Of a stretch of DNA of 64,000 nucleotides, positions 55,964 through 64,000 are shown one piece after another. How positions within the stretch are numbered: the first letter of the stretch is position 1; every line of letters begins with the position of its first letter. The stretch is from Alphaproteobacteria bacterium (lineage in GTDB: Bacteria > Pseudomonadota > Alphaproteobacteria > UBA828): positions 256,001-320,000 of the forward strand of contig CAXXVO010000009.1 of the NCBI GenBank assembly GCA_963422645.2. Direction: 5' to 3'. Both the position numbers and the translations under genes were made by a program. The notes under the pieces were generated by a model, which was not told the origin of the DNA, ran no database searches, and was given only the letters and a program-made list of their open reading frames with translations.

Positions 55964-56242
55964 CGGGGGACGCTGCGCCACACGATAGGAAGCGCGGCGG
56001 ATGGCGGCAAGCGGCGTCGCGCAGCCAACCCGTTCATTTCCCTCAATCGGCGGATGCCGGTCTTTTTGATTTCCCTCAAGCGCCGCGCGCTCACTCCGTT
56101 CGCTGGGCTACGCGCCTTATTCGAGACATTCTGATGCATCACACTAAGCCTCTGAACAATGGCACTATTTCACAGTTCCAGTGATCCTTACTCAGCATTC
56201 TTTATCCTGCTTATCCGTGACACTCCGCCTGCGGGGATGTAT

Positions 56243-56257
56243 GTTCTCAATATGTTC
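56243..56257 (+). promoter_or_regulatory. Alphaproteobacterial LexA (SOS) box GTTC-N7-GTTC
   Basis: GTTCTCAATATGTTC, 21 nt upstream of the transposase ATG. Confidence 0.7.
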
Positions 56258-56278
56258 CGTATGGGGGGGGTCACGGTC

Positions 56279-57076
56279 ATGAGGTTCAAGGTTGCATCGC
56301 GCGTGCGCGGTCTGAGCGACGAGGCGTTTCGCGAGGCCTTCGGCACCGAGGAGCAGTGCCGCGCGGCGCTGCTCCGGCTGCGCTGGCCGGAGGGCTTTGT
56401 CTGCCCCTGCTGCGGCAATCGGGAGCATTGCGTGCTGGCGGGTCGGGGTCTCTATCAATGCAACCGGTGCAAGAAGCAGACATCGCCCACGGCGGGCACG
56501 ATCTTCCACGCGACCAAGCTGCCGCTGACACTCTGGTTCGCCGCCATCCACCTGATCGTGACGGCGAAGAAGGGCATCTCGTCGGTGGAACTCGGCCGCC
56601 GTCTCGGGGTCAAGCAGCCGACGGCCTGGGCCGTGAAGCACAAGATCATGGCGGTGATGGCGCGGCGCGAGGGGGAGACGGCGCTTGCGGGGCGGGTGGA
56701 GATGGACGACGCCTATCTCGGCGGGGTGCGCTCCGGCGGCAAGCGGGGCCGCGGCGCGGCGGTTGTGACGGACGGACTGGGCTGCTGGAGCGCACTCGAC
56801 GAGATCGCCTGCAGCCATCAGGCGATCCGTACCGGGTCGGGCCGACAGGCGGCCCGCATGGCGCCGTTCAAATGGGTGAACACGACGCTCGGCAACATCA
56901 AGAGCGCGATCACCGGGACCTATCGCAAGCTCGGCCCCGACCATGCCGGACGCTATCTCGCCAGCTTCGCCTGGCGCTACAACCGGCGCTATCAACTCCA
57001 GACAATGATCCCGCGTTTCGTCCATAGCGCCGCACGAACACAGCCCATGCCCTATCGCCTCCTCATCGCCGGATGA
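56279..57076 (+). CDS. IS1595 transposase with a probable in-frame internal deletion
   Basis: RWPEGFVCP.C..C..C zinc ribbon, GISS HTH, VEMDD, TDG, WVNT and RYNRR motifs. Confidence 0.85.
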   Translation: MRFKVASRVRGLSDEAFREAFGTEEQCRAALLRLRWPEGFVCPCCGNREHCVLAGRGLYQCNRCKKQTSPTAGTIFHATKLPLTLWFAAIHLIVTAKKGISSVELGRRLGVKQPTAWAVKHKIMAVMARREGETALAGRVEMDDAYLGGVRSGGKRGRGAAVVTDGLGCWSALDEIACSHQAIRTGSGRQAARMAPFKWVNTTLGNIKSAITGTYRKLGPDHAGRYLASFAWRYNRRYQLQTMIPRFVHSAARTQPMPYRLLIAG

Positions 57077-57273
57077 CTTTCAGGGATAAGCAGGTTCTTT
57101 ATTGTACTGTGATCACCGAGTCAGCACAGATTGTTGTTAAGCGCGCGATGTTGACCCCTATGAGTCAAAAGAAAACAACTAGTTAGCGCGCCGATCGGCG
57201 TCCAATCCGCGCGCCGACCAACAACGGGGGAAGGCGTGCTGCCGCAGGACCTGCACATACTCCCGCCGTCGCG

Positions 57274-57594
57274 CTACGTCGGCTTGTGAATGTCGATGAC
57301 CGTCCGGGCGGCGTCCTCGAATGTCGGAATGTCCGGCCGCCGCTTGAGCGCCAACGGATCGCCGCCAGCACGGGCCAGTTTGCGGTTGTCGAACGCCGCC
57401 GCGCGCGCTTCGGCCAGGGAGACCAGGGGATAGCCGCCGAGCCCGATGTCGCACCGCCGCCCTTGCACGACGGTCCGCAGGACCCAGGATTTCGCGCCGC
57501 TCGGCTTGACCAACAGATAGAGGCCGTTGCCGTCGCCATGCCGCCCCGCTTTCGTGACCGTCGCGGCGAACCTCGCATTCAGTCTACCCGCCAC
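57274..57594 (-). pseudogene. Second P4-like integrase remnant (Arm domain)
   Basis: [40 protein letters not shown], truncated by TAG. Confidence 0.85.
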
Positions 57595-57841
57595 CGCCGT
57601 TCCCTCATTCGTTCCCACCTACGACATGAGGACAAGGTAGCGTTTGGTAGATATATCAAGCCGTCATTGGCACCGTAACCCTTGAGTGCTCATAGCTCTT
57701 CTGGCATTGCCTAGAATGCGGTGGCAGTGGGGATGCGGTCACTCCCTCCGCCACGCATCGCTGCCCGCATTTGCCCTGCCCTGCGACCGGGCGGGCTTCT
57801 TGCCGCCCCGCACGCCGCTGACAGCTTGAGAGGACGAATCG

Positions 57842-58510
57842 ATGGAACTGTACGAGGCCATGCGCACGACCTTCGCCTGCCGCGACTTCACCGACGATCA
57901 CCTGCCCGACGAGGTGATCCACGAGATGATCGAGAACGCCCGCTTCTCGCCGAGCGGTGGCAACCGGCAGGGCAACCGGGTCATCATCGTGCGCGACATG
58001 GCGACCCGGCAGCGGCTCTCCGACCTGACGGTGCCGGTCGCCAAGCGCTACCGCGCCCAGATGGACGCGGGCGAAAGCCCTTGGAGCGCTTACGTTCCGA
58101 CCAAGCTTACGCCTGAGCAGATCGAGGCGACCTCGGCGCCGGCCATGCTGACCGAGCCGTTGATCAAGTCCTCCGTCGTGCTCGTGATCTGCGTCGACCT
58201 TAAGGTCGTCGCCGCGACCGATCAGTATCTGGACCGCGTCGGCGTGATCGGCGGGGCCTCCATCTATCCCTTCGCCTGGAGCCTGCTGCTGGCGGCGCGG
58301 CAGAACGGGTTCGGCGGCACGATCACGACCCTCCCCATCGCCCACGAGCCCGAGATAAAGACGCTGCTCAACATCCCCGACGATCACGCGGTCTGCGCGG
58401 TCATGCCCTTCGGGCGCCCGCTCAAGCAGCTCACCAAGCTGAGGCGCCGCCCGGTGGAGGAGATCGCCACCCGCGAGCGCTTCGACGGCGAGGCGTTCAC
58501 GCAGAATTGA
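57842..58510 (+). CDS. Nitroreductase family protein
   Basis: RDF..PSGGNRQ and LAAR..GFG motifs. Confidence 0.9.
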   Translation: MELYEAMRTTFACRDFTDDHLPDEVIHEMIENARFSPSGGNRQGNRVIIVRDMATRQRLSDLTVPVAKRYRAQMDAGESPWSAYVPTKLTPEQIEATSAPAMLTEPLIKSSVVLVICVDLKVVAATDQYLDRVGVIGGASIYPFAWSLLLAARQNGFGGTITTLPIAHEPEIKTLLNIPDDHAVCAVMPFGRPLKQLTKLRRRPVEEIATRERFDGEAFTQN

Positions 58511-58548
58511 TGCGTGCCTGCTGCATCGAATAGGGCGGCACAGACGAC

Positions 58549-58581
58549 GAGACCCCGCAGGGACATACCCTGCGGGGTCTC
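58549..58581. terminator. Perfect 14-bp hairpin between the convergent nitroreductase and tRNA-Asn genes
   Basis: GAGACCCCGCAGGG-ACATA-CCCTGCGGGGTCTC. Confidence 0.7.
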
Positions 58582-58621
58582 ATGCCTGCCGGCGGACCGC
58601 CTGCACCGGCGGCCCCGAAGA

Positions 58622-58697
58622 TGGCTCCCCGGGCCGGACTCGAACCAGCGACCCAGCGGTTAACAGCCGCTTGCTCTACCAACTGAGCTACCGGGGA
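58622..58697 (-). tRNA. tRNA-Asn(GTT)
   Basis: TCCCCGG...CCGGGGAGCCA; anticodon loop CTGTTAA. Confidence 0.96.
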
Positions 58698-58859
58698 TTA
58701 TTGATCGCTCTTTGGCCGCTCACCTCCCGGCTGAACGTCCAATTGCACGCCCTATATAGCATCAAGCCGGCCGCCATTCCAGATACCGCCGCCTTGGCGG
58801 CGCCGGCGGCGGGGCCGGTTGCGCCGCGGTCTGAATCGTGGCAAATCTCGGCCGCTTGT

Positions 58860-58935
<76 letters not shown>

Positions 58936-59105
58936 CCAAAACCTCAATAAAATCAGTCGATTAGGCGGCCCCGGAGAGGGGCCGCCAATACGCCGATGGG
59001 CAGCGTGTCACAAGGATGTCATGAAAAACAAAACTTTGGGGGCACCCCTTTCCATATGCTCTAGCCGTCACCACATATGCACGGCGGCGCATTACGACGC
59101 CGAGT

Positions 59106-59417
59106 GTGGCCAATCTGATAGGAGACCTCATCGTGACCCAAGAGTACGTGCTCAAGCCAGAAAATGAGAAATTCACCGTAAGTGAGCCCAAGAACTGTGT
59201 GATGCATGTGACCCGGGGCGAGTTCACCGCGGTCATCAACATTCACGAGAAGACCAACCAATACCGCGAGGCATTGGATGGTTGGGGTCTCGACCACAAT
59301 ACTCTTCAGGCCGCAATCGACTCGGCTTGTCGCCGCATTCTGAACAAGGCCGCCCAACCATCACAGAAAGAGCTGTGCGCAGGGATGGACGAGTTCTACA
59401 AGGGCCTCAACAAGTAG
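59106..59417 (+). CDS. Hypothetical protein (lower GC, accessory)
   Basis: Clean 103-aa ORF with protein-like composition, between tRNA-Lys and an att-like fragment. Confidence 0.65.
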   Translation: MANLIGDLIVTQEYVLKPENEKFTVSEPKNCVMHVTRGEFTAVINIHEKTNQYREALDGWGLDHNTLQAAIDSACRRILNKAAQPSQKELCAGMDEFYKGLNK

Positions 59418-59420
59418 TTT

Positions 59421-59447
59421 CGGGTTCGAATCCTGCCGCCGGCACCA
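59421..59447 (+). other. tRNA 3'-end fragment (att-like, possibly from tRNA-Thr)
   Basis: CGGGTTCGAATCCTGCCGCCGGCACCA: T-arm, acceptor strand and CCA, with no 5' half. Confidence 0.75.
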
Positions 59448-59555
59448 ATCAAATCAACGAGTTATCGTGTAGTCTGGGAAGCTGCGGGACGCCCATGTCG
59501 CCGGATGGCGCCCTTGTCACCGCTCGCGCAGGTGGTCAAATCCGGGCGCGTGGCG

Positions 59556-59846
59556 TTATTCGGCCGCCGCCTGCCGGTCCAGCAGCCGCCGCCGACGGGT
59601 GGACAAGGACTGCACGGGGCGCCCGAACATGATGGCCAGTTCCCCCAGGGCACCGTACTTCACCCGGCCGGACCTTGGCTCGGTAGGCAGGGCCAACAGG
59701 TGCTCATCCTCCCGTTTCGTGTAGAAGCGCCATTGCAGCGGCGCCCTTGCGTCGCCGTACTGGTACTGCCGATTGACGTGCTTTGCGCACAATCCCCGCG
59801 CACGGTGCGGCCGGCCGCAGCCCGTGACCTCGCAGCGGCGCGTCAT
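59556..59846 (-). CDS. Small phage zinc-finger protein
   Basis: C.V.GC......RGLC..H motif; ATGA overlap with the portal stop. Confidence 0.7.
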   Translation of the reverse strand: MTRRCEVTGCGRPHRARGLCAKHVNRQYQYGDARAPLQWRFYTKREDEHLLALPTEPRSGRVKYGALGELAIMFGRPVQSLSTRRRRLLDRQAAAE

Positions 59847-60901
59847 TCCATGAGAATCCCGCTGGCCGCCGCAGCGGCGGTCATGTCCATGCCGGCGCCG
59901 ACCAAACTTTGAAACGCCCGCGCACGTCCCGCGATATCGCCCGCCCGTAGCTCTGCCCAGGACAGGGACACGTTGCCTTCCAGCTTGGCGGTAAGCTCGG
60001 TCTCGACCATGCGGCCTATCGGCGCGATGCAGCTGTGCATGGCCTGCCTGTACGCCTCGCGTGCGGCGGTCTCGCCTTCGGACGTGAACAGCGCCGGGTT
60101 CAATCCGCAAGCGCTGTAGACCTCTAGCGTGGCCCGCTGCATGAGCATAATCAGCCCGTCCGGGGGGGAGGCCCCGAACCTTTGCTGTTGCCACGTGGCC
60201 GCGCCGCTCCCGGCGCTGTCCCAATCGCCAAGCTCGGCAAGCAGGACCGCGCCCCCGGCGCCCTTGATGTCACCCTTGAGGCTGGCCACGGTCGGGTCAT
60301 TGCCGCCGACCGGAATCGGCATGAAGCTGCCGCGCGGGCCGGATGCCTCATCGGCCAGGGCAGCCGCGACCTCAGCCGACAGCTTGCCCGCCAGCACGGC
60401 CACGCCAATCGGGCCATAGCCCTGCCACGCCCGCCCCGGATCGAAGGCATAGCGGAAATGCAGCACGCCTTCCGCCGGCACGGTGTCGGTCGTCTCGATC
60501 TTGTCGGGGCCGGCAACCGTCACCTGGTAACGCCAGGTCATCGGGTCGGCGCCCCCGCGCACGTCCCAATTCTGCGCAGGGAGCAAGCGCAGCCCGTCGC
60601 CCGACGTGTCGATTAGCAGCACAAGGTCGCCGGTGCGCATGAGGGTGCGGCCGATCAGGGACATGCAGCCCGGCGTGAGCGCGCCCTTGATGGTGTCGGG
60701 TGCCTCGACCTCGGCAACCGCGAAGCTGCGGCCGATGAAGCCCGCGCACGCCTCCAGGGCCGCCGTGGCGTGCGGGACGGCGGTCGCCGTGTTCGATTGC
60801 GCGTTCACGATCAGCGTGGTGAGCGCGTCGCTGTAGGACTGTGCGCGCGCCTCCAGGTCTGCAATGCGCGCCTCTAGCTTCCCCTGTCCCGGCCAGCGCA
60901 T
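59843..60901 (-). CDS. Phage portal-like protein
   Basis: ALEAC..I, EGVLHFRY, G.GP and I.PI...VE.EL..KL pattern typical of HK97-type portals. Confidence 0.7.
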   Translation of the reverse strand: MRWPGQGKLEARIADLEARAQSYSDALTTLIVNAQSNTATAVPHATAALEACAGFIGRSFAVAEVEAPDTIKGALTPGCMSLIGRTLMRTGDLVLLIDTSGDGLRLLPAQNWDVRGGADPMTWRYQVTVAGPDKIETTDTVPAEGVLHFRYAFDPGRAWQGYGPIGVAVLAGKLSAEVAAALADEASGPRGSFMPIPVGGNDPTVASLKGDIKGAGGAVLLAELGDWDSAGSGAATWQQQRFGASPPDGLIMLMQRATLEVYSACGLNPALFTSEGETAAREAYRQAMHSCIAPIGRMVETELTAKLEGNVSLSWAELRAGDIAGRARAFQSLVGAGMDMTAAAAASGILME

Positions 60902-60902
60902 G

Positions 60903-61271
60903 TCAGACTCCTACCTCCCGGCGGTACTCGGCACGGATCATCGCGATAATCGCCGCGCGGTTGCTCGCAATGATGTCCATGGCCAATTCCGCGATGGTGT
61001 CCCGGCTGGGGCCGATGCGCAGGAAGCGGCCATAGAAGATGCCCCGCAATTCGATGGCCGGGCCGCGTTGCACGATCTTGAGAGAACGGGACAGCTTGCC
61101 CGTTCTACGCGGCACGCGGGATTTCAGGGCAGGGATCAGGAAACGCCGCAGCACCTTGGCGACGATCCGGCCAAGCACTTCCGGGTCGCGCGCACGCTCG
61201 ATGAACCTTTGCAGCTTGCGCCCGCCCCGGATCGTGACGTGCACCCTGCCGGCGCTTGCGGAGAGGGGCAT
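60903..61271 (-). CDS. HK97 gp10-like basic protein
   Basis: VP.RTGKL.RS motif. Confidence 0.55.
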   Translation of the reverse strand: MPLSASAGRVHVTIRGGRKLQRFIERARDPEVLGRIVAKVLRRFLIPALKSRVPRRTGKLSRSLKIVQRGPAIELRGIFYGRFLRIGPSRDTIAELAMDIIASNRAAIIAMIRAEYRREVGV

Positions 61272-61600
61272 TACGTCACCTCCCGCACCACTTCGATTCC
61301 GATGTAGCGGCGCCGCGCGTCCGACTCACCTATGCCGGTCGCCTCCCACGTAAAGCCGAACTCATCAATGACGGATATCTCGGCAATTGACGCGCGGGCA
61401 AGCGCCTCAAACCATCGCACCGTGTACGAGCGGGCGGCCGTGACTAGCAGCCCGCCTTCCGTCTCCGCGTCCGACGATCCGGCGCCGCGCTGTTCGGCCC
61501 AAAGTTGATAGTCGGTTATAGGGCCGGGTGCAGGTTCCCCGAACTCGTTGACGGTAGAGGGCGCGCTGTGGCGCACCGTTATCCTGCGGTCGAGCGGCAC
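61271..61600 (-). CDS. Head-tail adaptor/head closure protein (SPP1 gp16-like)
   Basis: LDRRITV....NEFGE......WA pattern. Confidence 0.7.
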   Translation of the reverse strand: MPLDRRITVRHSAPSTVNEFGEPAPGPITDYQLWAEQRGAGSSDAETEGGLLVTAARSYTVRWFEALARASIAEISVIDEFGFTWEATGIGESDARRRYIGIEVVREVT

Positions 61601-61603
61601 GGC

Positions 61604-63115
61604 TTAGACCTTCACCACCAGGGTGCCGGATAGACGGCTGTTCGCCGCCGCCGACGGGAAGCCGATTAGCAGCTGCCGCGCGCTGTCCATTATCAGCTGC
61701 ACGTCGAAGTTGCCGAGCCTGAAAACCGCGCCGCGATGATCGTCTGTCGCTGCCTCGGGATTCGTCACCGCGTCGTCTCCCGTCGCGCGCGCCGTGGCGG
61801 TCTCAAGCTCAGGAATATCAACGGTCGCCGACGCGGTCCGCTCATAGGTCCGGTCGATGGCTTGCGTGTCGTGGTCCCACTCGAAGTCGCGGGCAGAGAC
61901 GTACATGAGCGGCTTGCCGGTGGGCACCGTTATGCCCGTGGCGACGAACGTCGGCGACGTCGTGTCGAAAGCGTAGGTATGTGTCGTACCCGGCGTGCCG
62001 CCACCCAGGCCGGCCAGGTCGTCTTCGGTAAGGATGCGCGCCCCGCCCGTCACGACGCGAATGGTCGCGCCCACCACAGACTGCGGCAGCCGCAGAGTCG
62101 ACGTGCGGAAATGCCCGGCCACGCCGTTGACCGTCAGGGCCGTTTTGCCCGTGAAAGCGACGCCGCCGGCAATGTCTTCAACGAGCGGATCGCCCGCAAG
62201 CCATAGCCCGAGATAGAGCGTCGCGTCGGTATCGAGCGCCGGCGGAAATGGCGGGACCGTCATACCGCTTGTCGTGCCGAGCGCCGCGCCGTCTATGGGG
62301 TGCAGGCTCGCGCGCGTGAAAACCGCCGCGCTCATTGTGCGAGATTGATTCCAGCCGAGCCGCATGGCGACGGGCGGGCCGGGCAGCCGACCGTCTCGCA
62401 CGTTGACCACCGCGCCATGACTGTCGATGACGCCCGCCACCTTGGCCAGCGGAACCGGAGTCGTGGCGTCGCGCGCCCATTGCGGAACGGCGGCTTCAAC
62501 GAGCACGCGGATCAGCTGTGCCGACCAACCCCGAATCGCCGTAGCCGCGCCGTTCTGCGCTTCCGCCGGTGACGGCGGCATGAGCGCGTCCTGCTTTTCG
62601 TCCGCCGTCGCCTGCGCAGCATCGGCCGCCGCCTGCGCTTCCTGCGCGGCCGTGCGCGCCGATTCGTCGATACCGTCGCCGCCGGTCGGCAGGTCTTCGC
62701 GCGTCACACTGCCATCGGCCAGCGTCACGACAAGCGCGCCCGCATCGACCGCGACGCCGACAACCGGGTTCTCAACACTGCCGAGCGCTTCCTGCGCAGC
62801 GGCCACGGCGTCGCCAGTGCTGCCGAGGCGATGCACCCTGTAGCCCAACAGCATCCGACCGGCGCCGGAATTTCTGACCGCATTAGCGAACGCCGCACCC
62901 CGGCTCGCGTGCGGGCTGTCGTAGATGTAGCCGACGATGGCACGGGCCGCCTCGTTCACCACGGCTTCCGAGGTCAAGGCGTAGGCCGCGCCTAGATACC
63001 GCTCAATCTCGGTCGTGGCGTAGGTCAGCAGCCTCCCGACCTCGGCCAGTTCCTCCGTCGTCGTGCCGATCCTGTTGGCAGCCGCAACCTGCGCAGGGGT
63101 GATTGTGACCGGCAT
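61604..63115 (-). CDS. Head-tail connector-like N-domain fused to a long fibre-like extension
   Basis: N-terminal LL..A...IERY...VNEA....YIYD..SGA..LL..YR; then an Ala/Gln coiled coil and a Thr/Gly-rich region. Confidence 0.55.
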   Translation of the reverse strand: MPVTITPAQVAAANRIGTTTEELAEVGRLLTYATTEIERYLGAAYALTSEAVVNEAARAIVGYIYDSPHASRGAAFANAVRNSGAGRMLLGYRVHRLGSTGDAVAAAQEALGSVENPVVGVAVDAGALVVTLADGSVTREDLPTGGDGIDESARTAAQEAQAAADAAQATADEKQDALMPPSPAEAQNGAATAIRGWSAQLIRVLVEAAVPQWARDATTPVPLAKVAGVIDSHGAVVNVRDGRLPGPPVAMRLGWNQSRTMSAAVFTRASLHPIDGAALGTTSGMTVPPFPPALDTDATLYLGLWLAGDPLVEDIAGGVAFTGKTALTVNGVAGHFRTSTLRLPQSVVGATIRVVTGGARILTEDDLAGLGGGTPGTTHTYAFDTTSPTFVATGITVPTGKPLMYVSARDFEWDHDTQAIDRTYERTASATVDIPELETATARATGDDAVTNPEAATDDHRGAVFRLGNFDVQLIMDSARQLLIGFPSAAANSRLSGTLVVKV

Positions 63116-63517
63116 TAGAGTAGGACCGTTCGGGCGCTGGGCAGGGCGGGCGCCTCGGCCTTGTCGCGGACCTCCACGCCGTTGCCATAGGCCGCGTCGT
63201 CCACCAGGGCCGCCGCGTGGAGGCTGGCACGGCGCACAAGGCGCATCCCGTCGCGCTGCCCTTCCTCCAGCGCCCGAAATTCGACGCTCAGGCCCCGCAG
63301 GGTGGCGTTGCGCACCATGACCGCCGCGTCCCTGCCCCGGCTTGTGTCAGGCAACGCCACGTCGATCATGACGGCATTGCCGCGCTGTTCTGGCGTGAAG
63401 CGCACCACGGGTTGGCGTCGGTCGTGCGAGAGATTCAGAATCACGCCGTCGGCGGGCCACGTCAGCGCGCCGGCCGCGAACATTTCGGGCCGGTCCTTGG
63501 CCCGCGTCTCATACTCG
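63115..63517 (-). pseudogene. HK97-family prohead protease interrupted by an IS66 element
   Basis: E.F..GA, LN..H, GLSVEF and LVD..AY motifs; frame stays open (EYETRAKDRPEM) up to the IS end at 63518. Confidence 0.8.
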
Positions 63518-64000
63518 GTAACTGCCCAGGTTCTTGCTGTGAAAATTCTCTGGGATTCGGCACAACGCTACCCACGCGACGCCCGTGTGCTCCTCTGGGG
63601 TCGCCGGGTTTCACAGCTCACGATGCCCCTCTTGCGGACTGCGACCGGTAAGCTACCCCGATGTGGCCCGAAGTCCGCCCGCGCGACGGGCACCGATTTT
63701 CATTCTATGGGGTGGTCCAGCACGGCGTCGACCATGATCGTTTATGAGAATGGCTCCGCTGTTGGAGAACCCGTGCCAGGTGAGCTTACGCGCACTTGAC
63801 GGTGGCGATGAGCCGATCCGATGGGCTGGTCAGGGCTTCGATGATATTCCAGCCCTGCTTTCTGGCGGTGGTGATGACGCTGCGCAGGATGGCGAAGTTC
63901 TCGGCCCCCTGCGCGGACCGGAAGCCCCCGGAGATCTTCTGGCGCAGCTTCATCATCCGAAGGTCGCGCTCGGCCTCGTTGTTCGTGAACCCGACCTCGA
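63518..64000 (-). mobile_element. Third, divergent IS66-family element (partial)
   Basis: TIR GTAACTGCCCAGGT at 63518; TnpC C-terminus at 63786-64000 (FTNNEAERDLRMMKLRQKISGGFRS...VKCA*). Confidence 0.92.

Larger units (their letters stand above)
56206..57094 (+). mobile_element. IS1595-family element (889 bp, internally deleted)
   Basis: TIR CCTGCTTATCC(G/C)TGA; 8-bp target duplication TTCTTTAT at 56198-56205 and 57095-57102. Confidence 0.92.
59448..63517 (-). mobile_element. Prophage/satellite head-morphogenesis module (extends beyond the IS at right)
   Basis: Tightly coupled ORFs resembling protease, connector, adaptor, gp10-like and portal genes, ending at the tRNA fragment. Confidence 0.75.

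Noticed and set aside
59421-59447. Complete tRNA gene
   Set aside because: Only the T-arm and acceptor 3' strand are present; the upstream sequence is coding

Overview
High-GC chromosomal window, most likely from an alphaproteobacterium (Rhodospirillales-like, judged from gene content, synteny and an alpha-type LexA box). From left to right it holds: three tandem molybdo-flavoenzyme (CoxMSL/xanthine-dehydrogenase family) gene sets; tRNA-Pro; amidase, enolase-family gene, mutT, argJ, secA, infA; a carbohydrate-type ABC transporter whose second ATPase is frameshifted; modABC; pstS-phoB with a Pho box; a dimethylformamidase-like gene; a mesaconyl-CoA transferase-like gene; an RND pump; argE, a FadB-like gene, rlmN, def, hemW-rdgB-rph; and a tRNA-rich integration hotspot (Leu, Asn, Lys) with integrase remnants, an IS1595 element and a tail-less phage/satellite head module. 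The main candidate novelty is a 2461-bp IS66-family element present twice, each copy with 14-bp TIRs and its own 8-bp target duplication. It has no tnpA/tnpB; instead it carries a compact Dam-like adenine methyltransferase, apparently lacking a target-recognition domain, that is translationally coupled to the transposase. A third, divergent IS66 with the same TIR starts at 63518. Other notable signals are an ~11-bp-phased array of DnaA-box-like 9-mers, a LexA box inside the IS1595 end, and a CTTATCCCA tandem repeat. All product calls come from motif recognition by eye; no database searches were run.
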